Shown here: positions 34,596-46,390 of the stretch, piece after piece
Layout of the letters: every line of letters starts with the position of its first letter
Position numbering within the stretch: position 1 is the first letter of the stretch
Assembly (NCBI GenBank): GCA_038087875.1
Contig: JAXLNO010000350.1
Span: 186,001-250,000, forward strand
Reading direction: 5' to 3'
DNA from: Malacoraja senta
Taxonomy: Eukaryota
DNA: 64,000 nt
Translations under genes and position numbers: made by a program
The notes under the pieces: generated by a model
Seen by the model: the letters and a program-made list of their open reading frames with translations, nothing else
Databases searched by the model: none
What the model was told of the DNA's origin: nothing

Positions 34596-36519
34596 CAGTG
34601 GAGCGAAATAAACACGGCTATGGCGTCGTACCCAAAACATCCGACCCCTTGGTATAATAATTTTAAATCTGCTGTGATAACATTACATAAGATGGCGTTT
34701 CATAAGAACGACATGAATCATCTGGCTGCCTTTCAAACCATGTGCTTAAAGTTTTGAGTCTAATGGTTGTAGCTATGCTATTTTATTGTTTATTCTTGGG
34801 GGGAAAAAACATAATTCAATATGCTAAAAGAAAAAAATATATAGAAAGGACTATGACAAAATTAAAATTCCATTGAATTAAATAAAAATTATAAAATCAT
34901 TATTCCAAAATCTATTAAACTAAGGCCACAGGTATGAGCTAAATGGCAAAAAAATCCCAAGTGCAATAGAAGTTATAAGTAAATGCACAGGTATTTAAGT
35001 TTGTTACAAACGTTCATACCTAAAATTTATTAATAACGTCCTTAGGAACAGAATTGCTTCTGCCAGATCCTCATTCCTTGAATCCCCTTTAATCTGATTC
35101 ATTTATTTTCAGTGCTGAGAACATTCTCTCCACACGGACCTGAGTGGGTGGTATGGCTGTTACTATCATAGCTGCAAACGTTACTATTTCTGGATAAGTA
35201 GGGATGATGGGGAATTATAGACCAGTTATCCTGACATCGGTGATGGGGAAGATGCTGGTGTCAATTATTAAAGAAGTTATAATGGCTAATTTGGATAGCA
35301 ATAAAAGGATTGGTCCAAGTCAGCATGGATTTATGAAGGGGAAATCCTGCTTGAATAATCTTCTGGCATTTTTTGAGGATGTGACAAGTAAAATGGGTGA
35401 AGGAGAGCCAGTGGATGTAGTGTATCTGGTATTTCAGAAAGCCTTTGATAAGGCCCCATATAGGAGATTAGTGGACAAAATTAGAGCACATGGTATTGGA
35501 GGTAGGGTATTGACATGGATAGAGAATTGGTTGGCAGACAGGAAACAAAGAGTAGGAATAAACGGGTCCCTGTCAGAATGGCAGGCAGTGGTGAGTGGAG
35601 TGCCGCAAGGCTTGGTGCTGGGGCCACAACTATTTACAATATATATGAATGATTTAGATGATGGAATTAAAAGTAACACTAGCAAATTTGCAGATGACAC
35701 AAAGCTAGGTGGCAGTGTGAACTGCAAAGAGGATGCTAGGAGGTTGCAGGGTAACTTGGACAGGTTAAGTGAGTGGATACTACATGGAGATGTAGTATCA
35801 TGTAGATCAACGTGAGGTTATCCACTTTGGCGGCAAGAACAAGGAGGCAGATTCTTATCTCAATGGTGTCAGATTAGGAAAAGGGGAAGTGCAACGAGAC
35901 CTGGGTGTTCTTGTACATCAGTCACTGAAAGTAAACATGCAGGTACAGAAGACAGTGAAGAAAGCTAATGGCATGTTGGCCTTCATAACGAGAGGATTTG
36001 AGTATAGGAGGTTCTTCTGCAGTTGTACAGGCCCCTGGTGAGACCACATCTGGAGTATTGTGTGCAGTTTTAGTCTCCTAATTTGACGAAGGACATTCTT
36101 GCTATTGAGGCAGTGCAGGGTAGGTTCACGAGGTTAATCCCCGGGATGGCGGGACTGTCATATGTGGAAAAATTGGAAAGACTGGGCTTTTATTCACTGG
36201 AAGTTATGATGAAAGGGTGATCTCATGGAAACACATTAAATTATAAAAGGACTGGACAAGCTGGATGCAGGAAAAATGTTCCCAATGTTTGGGAAGTTGG
36301 GAACCAGGGGCCACTATCATTAATATAAAGGGGAGGCAGGGCTCTCACTTAACTTTTTTTCTCTGTTGCCAACCGGGCAACCTTGACAGCTTTTTAGGTT
36401 TCCAAATGACAGTTTAGGTGGTCATTTAAGACGGTTTGCATGACGCGTGCGATAATGTGCTCGGACGAAGTGCGTAGTTACCAGTCGGAATTATGCTCAA
36501 TGAAGCATTCACGTATTAT

Positions 36520-36737
36520 GTTCAAGAAGGAACTGCAGATGCTGGAAAATCGAAGGTAGACAAAAGTGCTGGAGAAACTCAGCGGGTGCAGCAGCATCTA
36601 TGGAGCGAAGGAAATAGGCAACGTTTCAGGCCGAAACCCATCAGTCTGAAGAAGGGGTTCGGCCCGAAACGTTGCCTATTTCCTTCGCTCCATAGATGCT
36701 GCCGCATCCGCTGAGTTTCTCTAGCACTTTTGTCTAC
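36520..36737. mobile_element. Palindromic Penelope pLTR insertion (paralog 63320-63537)
   Basis: Inverted pair of pLTR ends; 13-bp TSD ATTCAC[G/A]TATTAT, perfect in unit C. Confidence 0.82.
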
Positions 36738-37539
36738 ATTCACATATTATTTCTGCTTCAAATAACTCACAAACTAAACATATTCACCAATCAAGACATG
36801 ATATATACCACAATGACGCAGCAAAATTATAATACAATATCTCAACTCTTTTTACACATTGCAATTAATGCAATTTCTATTAGTTCTTTCCACTTCCAAA
36901 CAAAAATGTGGTTGGATTATTCAGCATATGATCAACCTGTGTCAATAAATCCTGGACCATGGTAACATATATGCTTAACCATGCACACTACAGATGGATG
37001 CAAGCATGTTCTCTGAAAGATCAAAAATTATCATGACATGGCCTTAGCATGGGTCGTTATTGCTATTGGTACAGAAACACTCTCGCTTCCCACATAATTT
37101 ATCGATAACAAAATATACAGGTTGCAAGGAAATTTCTAAAGGCATTTTATGATAATAGCTGTTAAAACCGACTATACCCATCTGACAGGTTAAACATTAC
37201 ACTAACTGACAAGAGATGGCCAAAGTACATAACTGCAGCAAATGTTCTTTTGGTAATATGTTTAACGGTGTCAAAACAAATAATAACATTGTGAATTAAA
37301 ACACATTTGATTGCATTCCGTTATCAAACATAGTCAATGTTCGCTCCGAAGACCATGAAGCACAATAGGGTCAGGGAGGGGGGGGGGGGGGGTGAATCAA
37401 CGCGGGAAGGATAGATGGCGGGGGGGGGGGGGGGTGGGTGTTGAGAAGGCAATCGGTGCGGAATGGATGGATTGAAGCAGGTGAATTAGTACGTGTTGGT
37501 TGGAGTATGTAAAATTGTGAGGGGAGAGCACGGGGGATG

Positions 37540-38140
37540 TCAGTGGTGTTGAATGGGGGGTTCAGTACGGGATGGATGGGGGGGATCAGTACAGGATGAA
37601 TGGGGGTCAGTACAGGATGAATGGGGGTAGACATAAATGCTGGAGAAACTCAGCGGGTGAGGCAGCATCTATGGAGCGAAGGAAATAGGCAACGTTTCCG
37701 GTCGAGACCCGTCTTCAGACTGTTCCACCCCATTCTTCTTGAATGGGGGGATCAGTACAGGATGAATGGGGGGGTGGGGGTCAGGACAGTGTGGATCGGA
37801 GGGTCTGTGCAGGACGAATGGGGGATCACTACAGGATGAATGAGGGGATCAGTATGGGATGAATGGGTGATCAGTATGGGATGAATGAGGGGATCAGTAT
37901 AGGATGCATGAGGGGATCAGTATGGGATGAATGGGGGATCAGTACAGGATGAATGGGTGATCAGTAAAAGATGAATGGGGAATCACTACAGGATGGATGA
38001 GGGATTGTTGCAGGGTAAATGGAGGGTGGGTCAGTACGGGATAAATGGGAGGATCAGTGCAGTATGAATGGGGGGAGAAGTGCAGGATGGATGGGAAGGG
38101 GGGTCAGTACAGGATGAATTGGGGGACCAGTGTAGGATGG
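37540..38140. repeat. ~20-bp minisatellite (ATCAGTACAGGATGAATGGGG) inside the hAT-like element
   Basis: Many degenerate tandem copies, interrupted by a Penelope pLTR at ~37626-37722. Confidence 0.8.
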
Positions 38141-39551
38141 ATGGGGGGTGGCAGGAGAATCAATGCGAGGTGGGTAGGGTGATGAATAGATTGGGGGGGG
38201 GGTGTAGATGGGGAGGGGAGCACAGGGGATGTCAGTGAGGACTGAATAGAGGACGGAATGGGGATCAGTGCGGGATGGAGAGGAGGGGTCCCAGGATAAG
38301 AGGGGTGGAGGGGGGCGTACGAGAGAGAGAGAGAGGGGGGAAGGGGCAGAGGAGGTGGGAAGGAAGGAAGGTCAGCGCTCCTCGGACAACATCGCCCCGC
38401 TGCCTTGGCCATCCCTGTCCAACGCCAAAGTGCCGTAGCCAAAGGGGGTGTCGGTTGGGACTCCTCGCCACCGCCTCCCCTCCTCCGCCAGCCAACAGCA
38501 AGGTGTGGGGCCGAGCGGTGCAGCTCAAAGATCCTATAGCTATAGGAACTGTCGTGCAGCTGCTTCAGAAGGCGGAAGGAGGCCTCCCCCTCCCTCCCTC
38601 CTCCCGGCCTCGGCGTGCGAGAGGGGTTGTTTTGAAAGCGCTGTTGGCGGATTTGCAGGCAGCGGCCGTTGTCAGGGCGATAGCGGCCGCTGCTTGCAAA
38701 TCCGCCAACGGCGCTTTCTAAACAACCCCTCATGCACGCCGAGGCCGGGAGGAGGGAGAGAAAGAGAGAGGGAGGCATCCTTCCGCCGGGCGGGGTGCGG
38801 GAGGAGGAGGCGATGGAGCCGCTATCGCGGCCGCTGCTGCCGCTGTTCGGGGCCCGTCATTCGCTCTGACCCTTCGTCACCACGCACCTAGTATCTTTGC
38901 CCCGCACAGCCGCCACCGACACGAAACGTCACGTTCCTATTCTCCAGAGGTGCTGCCTGACCCGCGGAGTTACTCCAGTTTTTTGTGTCTATCGGTATAA
39001 ACCAGTATTTGATTGCCAAACCGGGCAAAATGACTCGGTGTTTAGGTTGCCCGGCGGCACTTTGGGTGGTCAATGGCACCCGGGCAACTGCTAATTTCGA
39101 GTCCTGGGCGGCCATTTAAAACTCAGATAAGCAAAGAAAGTTGTGAATTTGTGGACTTCTCTGCCACAGAAGGCAGTGGACGTTAATTCACTGGATGAAT
39201 TGAAAAGAGAGTTAGATATAGCTCTTGGGAGTAGTGGAATCATGGGATATGGGGAGAAGGCAGGAACGGGTTACTGATTGTGTATAATCAGCCATGATCA
39301 CAATGAATGATGCTGGAACGAAAGGCCAAATGGCCTCCTCCTGCACCTATGTTCTATGTTTCTATGCCCCATCCACACTATTCACTCTATTCCCCTCAAC
39401 ATTTTATGCACTTGTAGGGCTTTTATGCAATAGTATTGGTGTTATTAATTTTGTTTATTGCATGGTATCTATATATATTGTGTTAATAGGCCTGTAAATC
39501 TGCACTGTAAAAATGTAATTGTTCCAATGTCGGTACATATGACATCAAAAG

Positions 39552-40300
39552 AAAGATAGCTGAATGGAGAGAAAATTGGCTTCAAGGAAGAAAGCAGAGG
39601 GTGATGGTGGAAGGTTGCTTTTCGGACTGGATGCCTGTTACTAGTGGTGTGCCTCGGGGTTCGGTGCTGGGCCCGTTACTGTTTGTCATCTACATCGATG
39701 ATTTGGATGAGAACATACACGGCAAGATTAGCAAGTTTGCTGATGATACAAAAGTGGGTAGTCTTGCAGATAGTGAAGATGATTGTGAAAAATTGCAGCA
39801 GGATCTGGATCGATTGGCCAGGTGGGCTGAAGAATGGTTGATGGCATTTAATACATAGAAATGTGAGGTGTTGCATTTTGGGCAGGACCTACACAGTGAA
39901 TGGTAGGGCTCTGGGTCGTGTTGTAGAGCAGAGGGATCTAGGAGTACTGGAACATAATTCATTGAAAGTGGCATCACAGGTAGATAAGGTGGTCAAAAAG
40001 GCTTTTGGCACATTGGCCTTTTTCAGTCAGAGTATTGAATACTCTGGGCGGTCATGTTGCAGTTGGTGAGGCCACGTTTAGAGTTTAGAGTTCAATTTTG
40101 GTCATTATGTTTTAGGTAAGATGTCGTCAAGCTGCAAAGGGCACTGAAGATTTATGAGGATGTTGCCAGGACTAGAGGGTCTGAACTATAGGGAGAGTTG
40201 TGTAGGCCAGGACTCTATTCCTTGGAGCGCAGGAGGATGAGGGGTGATGAGTAAAATCATGAGAGGATTAGATCGGTTAGATGCACAGTCTCTTGCCCAC
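39552..40300 (+). mobile_element. Older CR1-subfamily RT fragment
   Basis: SGVPRGSVLGPLLFVIYIDDLD..KFADDTKVG..LQQDLDRL..W. Confidence 0.85.
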
Positions 40301-40789
40301 TCTACCTATTCTTGTGGATAATTGGCCTAAACGTCACGTGTGGGTGAGATGCCTGCTGAGTTTTAAAAAACAGTTTATTTTTGTGATCGAAATTCAATTG
40401 CATTGACATAGCTCCTTGAAAGTGGTGTCAGTGGTTGGCAGGGCTTTTGATACATTGGCATTCAACAGTCAGAGCATTGAGTAGAGAGTATTGCGTTCTG
40501 TTTTGGTCACCATGTTATAGGAAAGGTGTTGTTAAGCTGGAAAGGGTGGGCAAGGTGGGCCGAAGGGCCTCTTTCCATGCTTTATGACTAAGAAAAAACA
40601 TTGAATAAAATGAAGAAATTGGATGTTATTTGCATCATGTTCAACACGGACATTGTGGGCCAAAGGGCCGTTCCTGTGCTGGACTGTTCTATGTTCTATT
40701 CTAGTCCATAACAAAGGCTATATTCTGCAACAATATGCTATATTCTGTTCTATAATATCTATGAAATTTATATTCTTATGCATCAATAT

Positions 40790-41360
40790 ATATGTCATAA
40801 GGTCATAAGTGATCGGAATAGAATTAGGCCATTCGGCCCATCGTGTCAACTCCGCCATTCAATCATGGCTGATCTATCTTTCCCTCCTAACCCCATTCTC
40901 CTGCCTTCTCCCCATACCCCTGGCACCCGTACTGATCAAGAATCTATCTATCTCTGCATTAAAACTATCCACTGACATGGCCTCCACAGCCTTCTGTGGC
41001 AATAAATACCACAGATTCACCACCCTCTGACTAAAGAAATTCCACATCTCCTTCCTTGAAGAACGTCCTTTAATTCTGAGTCTGTGACCTCTAGTCCTAG
41101 ACTCTCCCACTAGTGGAAACATCCTCTCAACATCCACTCTATCCAAGCCTTTTACTATTCAGTATGTTTCAACGAGGTCCCCATTGTTCTAAACTCCAGC
41201 GAGTACAGGCCCAGTGCCGACAAACACTCATCATAGATAAACTTACTAATTCCTGGGATCATCCTTGTAAACCTCACCTGGACCCTCTCCAGAGCCAGCA
41301 CATCCTTCCTCAGATATAGTGCCCAAATTTGCTCACAGTACTCCAAATGAAGCCTTACTG
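40790..41360 (-). mobile_element. CR1 3' fragment
   Basis: ORFs 40874..41146(-) and 41155..41346(-) are CR1 C-terminal peptides. Confidence 0.82.
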
Positions 41361-42358
41361 AGCCTGATTATATGATTCTATGTGCTGAAGTTCTCTTTCT
41401 CTGTGTGTAGCTGATTTGCAATAACAGGGTTTTATTGGCGTGGCAATGTGTGAGATTAGATGGCAGATGTTTGGCAGAGGTTGGGCATCATTTGTGGGGT
41501 TGTGGGTGGTGATGGTGTCATTGGATTTATGACTAAAAGGGTGCAGATTTCACTGCTGAGGCTTAGCGTTATGTAAGGGTGAAAGTTGGAGGCTTCTTCC
41601 CCCGAACGTCCTTACAGAACTAGCTGGGATTGGTAAAGTTTCCAGTAGTTCAGTTCAGTTTCAATTTATGTGTAGGAAGGAACTGCAGCTGCTGGTTTAA
41701 ACAGTTAGCATCTCTGGATAGAAGGAATGGGTGACGTTTTGGGTTAAGACCCTTCAGACTCCAGAGAGGCTGCGTGTCCCGCTGAGTTACTCCAGCATTT
41801 TGTGTCTATCTTCAGTTTCAGTTCAGTTTAGTTTATTGTCACGTGTACTGAGGTACAGTGAAAAGCTTGGTCTGTCTCCCAGACGAGACCAAGTCTCCCA
41901 GACGAGACGGAGGGTCAACCAGATATAGGAGTCCCTCTCCCAGACAGACCAAGTCTCCCAGACAAGACGGAGGATCAACCAGACGGAGGAGCCCCTCTCC
42001 CAGACGTAGCAAGTCTCCCAGACACAAGAGGGAATCACAGCCCGCATCACAAGGTAATGTGGTGGGGGAACCTGCTCACATCGTGCCAAGCCACACTCAC
42101 ACACAACAGAAATACAACACAGAACGAGTCGGAAATACGACTCGCACGAGAAGTGTCCGATTGTCAATACCCCCAACTCGACTTGTTATGTAAAATAGTT
42201 AGGCAATGATTTTGTAGTTTTGCAGTATAATGTTCAAAGTATAAAGAGGACTGTGTTTATTGTAGGTAGACAATATTGCTGGAGAAACTCAGCGGGTGAG
42301 GCAGCATCTATGGAGCGAAGGAATAGGTGACGTCTCGGGTCGAGACCCTTCTTCAGAC

Positions 42359-42748
42359 CAAAGATCCTATAGCGGAGCAAGATAGATCTCTCCTTCTAAA
42401 TGCAATGGGCTGACGTGTAGTACGCAACAGAGCGGAACGTGGGTCTTTTTTTCATCCATCTCAGTAACCTGACCCGACTCGCAGTGTAATCAACGTTGCG
42501 AGGGAACAGTTTGTGTTGATAAATTATAATTCTGAAAATGAGGAGAAGATTTTTCCCAAATAACTATTATTTTTACGAGGATGTTTCCGTAACCGGCTTC
42601 CGTCTCCGCACTAGTATCCTATGGGATCTTTGGTGCGGAGACGGAAGCCGGTTACGGAAATGGGGCCGAAAATTACCCATGAATCTGCCCATGACCGTAC
42701 TATGTCTTTTTCATCGACTGATCTATCTTGCTTGCTATAGGATCTTTG
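42359..42748. mobile_element. P-superfamily-like MITE (unit B copy, both TIRs present)
   Basis: TIR CAAAGATCCTATAGC..AGCAAGATAGATC / GATCTATCTTGCT.GCTATAGGATCTTTG; perfect 8-bp TSD CTTCAGAC (42351-42358, 42749-42756). Confidence 0.8.
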
Positions 42749-42915
42749 CTTCAGACTGATGTGGAGGTGGGGGGGGGGGGAGGCGGGACGGAAAAATAAA
42801 GGAAGAGGCGGAGACAGTAGGCTGTGGGAGAGCTGGAAAGGGGTGGAGAAGGAGGGAGAAAGCAGGGACTACCTGAAATTAGAGAAGTCAATGTTCATAC
42901 CGCTGGGGTGTAAAC

Positions 42916-44392
42916 TGAAAGAGTCAATCGCTATTATATCGTTTGCTGCCATATTTAATCCTTTCTGTAATGAAAGAGCTAATTGCTATAGCATTGCCTT
43001 CAGGGATGCTTGACCGAAGAGTATTGGTTTTTTTAAGACAAGCTTCTAAATTGAAGAGTTCAATCAGATAAGGGGCCAGCTAGGGGAAGACACCAACGAG
43101 CACAGAAATACAGCTCATTGTTCAGACTGGACTATTCCATCTTGGGGGACTAGAGCTAATGTCTTTGGAATGCTTGGTTTTAAGCAAAAGATGAAAAACA
43201 ACTCCATATTTGGACTTGGTTGGTGCTTCTTGGGACATCACCTAATGCCCCTGATATTCTGTGTACGTGACTCTTGTTGTATAAAAGACCCCAGGATTCT
43301 GTAATCATTTGTGTGGTATGTTGGGAAATCAAGGAGTATCACTGGATACTTCTGGATTGTAGAATCTCCAGCCACACCCGCCTGACGTAAAAGTAAAGAT
43401 TGTATGATCTACCTTAACACATTGTATTTGTCTGTTTTTAAGAAAGTGAACCTTATCATTGGAATAGTCGGCAGGATTTCACTGGGACCATCAACAGACG
43501 ACTGAGTAAGAGGCCATAGTTTGACCGGGATTGGATGGGGAGAAAAAAAGTGAACTAGTCGGACCCCTTGAGACCGACCTCCAGAAGAAGCTCTCGGGAA
43601 AACTTAGGTCCTTCGGAGTAGGTTGATCTGGTGCCCTGCCAAAATCCTTAGATACAGACAAAGATAAGACCAATTGTGTATGTATTTTGCTACCAAGAGA
43701 GTAGTCGGCAATTGGACAGAGCAAACTAGAAATGGTTTGTCGTAAATTACTGTATTTTTGCTACTGGGAAAGTAGAAGTAGCCAGGCAGAGAGAGACTGG
43801 CTGCTAGATTGAGAAGTAGCCGGGCAGAGAGAGACTCACGGCTATGGGGAATAATCTATTTCTGCTATTAGGAAAGTACTTGGAAACAGATTTTGCTACT
43901 GGGAAAGTAGTCGGCAATTGGCTCCGCAATCTAAAAACGTTTGTCGTTCACAAAGTAGCCGGGCTGGGAAGAGATTCGTGGCTATGGGGAATAATCTGGA
44001 CAAAAATGACGGGGGAACGCCCGTCCAACATGTGTAATTTGAATCCTAAAAGTAACAAAGACTAGAATATTAAGTTATAAGCTAACCAAACATTTGGGAG
44101 ATGAATCTTGGCCAGTCGTAGGAACATGGAATGTAGCAACTGTTAAAAAGGCAGAAAAGATGAAAAAGGATGGTATACCTAATAATTAAGGATGGAAAGC
44201 GAAGGCAGAGAAGAAAAACGAGGAGAGTAGGGTTTGGAGTTGGATGGATAATGCATGTAAGAAAGGGAGAGAGTTAACAAACAAGGATGGCACTATGAAA
44301 GGATGGAAAGTGTAGCAGCTAGAATGCCAGTGGATAGAGGAACAAGAGAAAAGAAATACAGGACAGGCGGAAGGTAAAACACAGGTGATGGT
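42916..44392 (+). mobile_element. ERV 5' LTR, PBS-Ser (~43460-43477) and gag stub, unit B
   Basis: Paralog of 21092-22556; PBS TGGAATAGTCGGCAGGAT. Confidence 0.68.
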
Positions 44393-44824
44393 TAATTAAA
44401 AATACCCACTTTGATCAAAGATTGGCGTGGTTTACCTTTAACAATTTTGTTAAAGGTAAACCACCCCCTCCCCTCACTTCCACCATCCTCATCCCCCTTC
44501 CCCACTTGCCTCCTCACCATCTCACCCCTCTTTACCGCCTCCCTTATCCCCCTCCCCCTCACAGCATCTCCCCCCTCACTCCCCCCGCTCCCATCACACC
44601 CCCCTCAGCCCTCCCTTCAAGCACTAGTAATGTTTACGCGTTAGTAATGTCCTGTTTGCCAGCTTGTTGACCCTCTGTGTTCCCCTCCTGCAGGGTTTAG
44701 GAGCCTTTGCTGCGCTCGGAGAGAAGGGGACGTGAGCGGCCATTGAGGGCGGCCAGGGTGCCGGTGAGCCCCCCCCCCCCCATCTGTTCGGTGTGCGGGC
44801 TGAGCTTCGAGGGGCTGAGCTTCG

Positions 44825-46390
44825 ATGGAGGACCACATGACGGGGCACAACAAGGAGAAGTGTTATAAGTGCGATGTGTGTGGCCAGGCCTGGCGGTGCC
44901 TGAGCAAACTGGAGATCCACCGGCGGGTGCACACGGGAGAACGCCCCTTCGACTGCTGGGAGTGCGGCAAGAGCTACAAGTCGGCGCCGGTCCTGAAGAT
45001 CCACCGGCATTTGCACACGGGCGAGAAGCCCTATGGCTGCTCCACCTGCGGCAAGAGCTTTGCCTTGTTGACGGGGCTCCGGGCTCACCAGCGGGTGCAC
45101 AGCAGTGAGCGGCCCTTCACCTGCTCCGACTGCGGCAAAGGCTTCAAATCATCCACGAACCTGAAGCTGCACAGGCATCTGCACACTGGGGAGCGACCCT
45201 ACACCTGCAGCATCTGCGGCAAGGGCTTCACCCACTCCAAGAAGATGGAGGAGCACCAACGCACCCACACCGGCGAGCGCCCCTTCACCTGCGCCCAGTG
45301 CGGCAAGGGCTTCACCAGCTCCGGTAACCTGCTGTCCCACCAGCAGGTGCACTCCGACAAGAGGCCCTTTGTCTGCTCCGACTGCGGCAAGGACTTCAAG
45401 AGGCTGTACGAGCTGAAGATCCACCGGCAGTTGCACAAGGGGGAGGCACCCTATGGCTGCTCCACCTGTGGCAAGAGCTTTGCCCAGTTGTCGAAGCTAC
45501 AGCAGCATCAGCAGGTGCACAGCATTGAGCGGCCCTTCACCTGCTCCGACTGCGGCAAAGGCTTCAAGACGTCTATGACCCTAAAGCAGCACCGGCGCCT
45601 GCACAGGAGTGAGCGGCCCTACACCTACAGCGACTGTGGCGAGGGCTTCATTGACTCCAGCAAGCTGGTGGTGCACCGGTGTACCCACACCGGCGAACAC
45701 CCCTTCACCTGCACCCAGTGCGGCAAGGGCTACACCCAGTCCAGCAGCCTGCTGTACCACCAGCGCTCCCACACCGGCGAGCGCCCCTTCACCTGCACCC
45801 AGTGCGGCAAATGCCTCATCTCCTCCAGCAGCCTGCTGAGGCACCAGCGTACCCACACCGGTAAGCGCCCCTTCACCTGCACCCAGTGCGACAAATGCTT
45901 CACCTCCTCCAGCCACCTGCTGTACCACCAGCGCACTCACACCGGCGAGCGCCCCTTCACCTGCACCCAGTGCGGCAAATGCTTCAACTGCTCCAGCCAC
46001 CTGCTGTACCACCAGCGCATTCACACCGGCGAACGCCCCTTCACCTGCACCCAGTGCGGCAAATGCTTCAACTGCTCCAGCCACCTGCTGAAGCACCAGC
46101 GTACCCACACCGGCGAGCGCCCCTACATCTGCACCCAGTGCGGCAAGCGCTTCACCGACTCCAGCAGCCTGCTGTACCACCAGCGCACTCACACCGGCGA
46201 GCGTCCCTACACCTGCACCCAGTGTGGCAAGGGCTTCGCCGACTCCAGCAGCCTGCTGAGGCACCAGCGTATCCACACCGGCGAAGCCCCTACACCTGCA
46301 CCCAGTGCGGCAAGTGCTTCACCCACTCCGCCAGCCTGCTGTACCACCAGCGGGTGCAAGACTGCGAGCGTCCCGTCCCCAGCCCCGTGA
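44825..46390 (+). CDS. C2H2 zinc-finger array protein (unit B); 17 finger repeats (1 degenerate), then a 1-bp frameshift at ~46286; ancestral stop at 46641
   Basis: 521-aa ORF; linker GAAGCCCCTAC vs normal GAACGCCCCTAC; the remaining fingers and A-like tail continue in ORF 45886..46641; acceptor CAG| at 44693. Confidence 0.85.
   Translation: MEDHMTGHNKEKCYKCDVCGQAWRCLSKLEIHRRVHTGERPFDCWECGKSYKSAPVLKIHRHLHTGEKPYGCSTCGKSFALLTGLRAHQRVHSSERPFTCSDCGKGFKSSTNLKLHRHLHTGERPYTCSICGKGFTHSKKMEEHQRTHTGERPFTCAQCGKGFTSSGNLLSHQQVHSDKRPFVCSDCGKDFKRLYELKIHRQLHKGEAPYGCSTCGKSFAQLSKLQQHQQVHSIERPFTCSDCGKGFKTSMTLKQHRRLHRSERPYTYSDCGEGFIDSSKLVVHRCTHTGEHPFTCTQCGKGYTQSSSLLYHQRSHTGERPFTCTQCGKCLISSSSLLRHQRTHTGKRPFTCTQCDKCFTSSSHLLYHQRTHTGERPFTCTQCGKCFNCSSHLLYHQRIHTGERPFTCTQCGKCFNCSSHLLKHQRTHTGERPYICTQCGKRFTDSSSLLYHQRTHTGERPYTCTQCGKGFADSSSLLRHQRIHTGEAPTPAPSAASASPTPPACCTTSGCKTASVPSPAP

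Larger units (their letters stand above)
36337..39106 (+). mobile_element. 5-bp-TSD hAT-like non-autonomous element (paralog from 63137 to window end)
   Basis: TIRs CAGGGCTCTCACTTAAC / CTAATTTCGAGTCCTG; subterminal TTGCC..GGCAAC motifs; TSD GGAGG/GGCGG within CR1. Confidence 0.78.
35203..39365 (+). mobile_element. CR1 RT-to-3' end split by the hAT-like element (paralog starts 62055)
   Basis: NYRPVILTS, QHGFMKGKSC, SGVPQG.VLGP, FADDTKLG; resumes at 39107 and ends in a TTCTATG tail. Confidence 0.9.

Noticed and set aside
41858..42193. Arg/Ser/Pro peptide RRRSPSPRRSKSPRHKRESQ resembling a hepadnavirus core C-terminus or an SR protein
   Set aside because: It arises from a ~60-bp tandem repeat and runs into TRS(G/V)RLSIPP.RL*, a Gypsy integrase tail motif. 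No capsid or overlapping polymerase sequence was recognised; a tblastn against hepadnaviruses would settle it.
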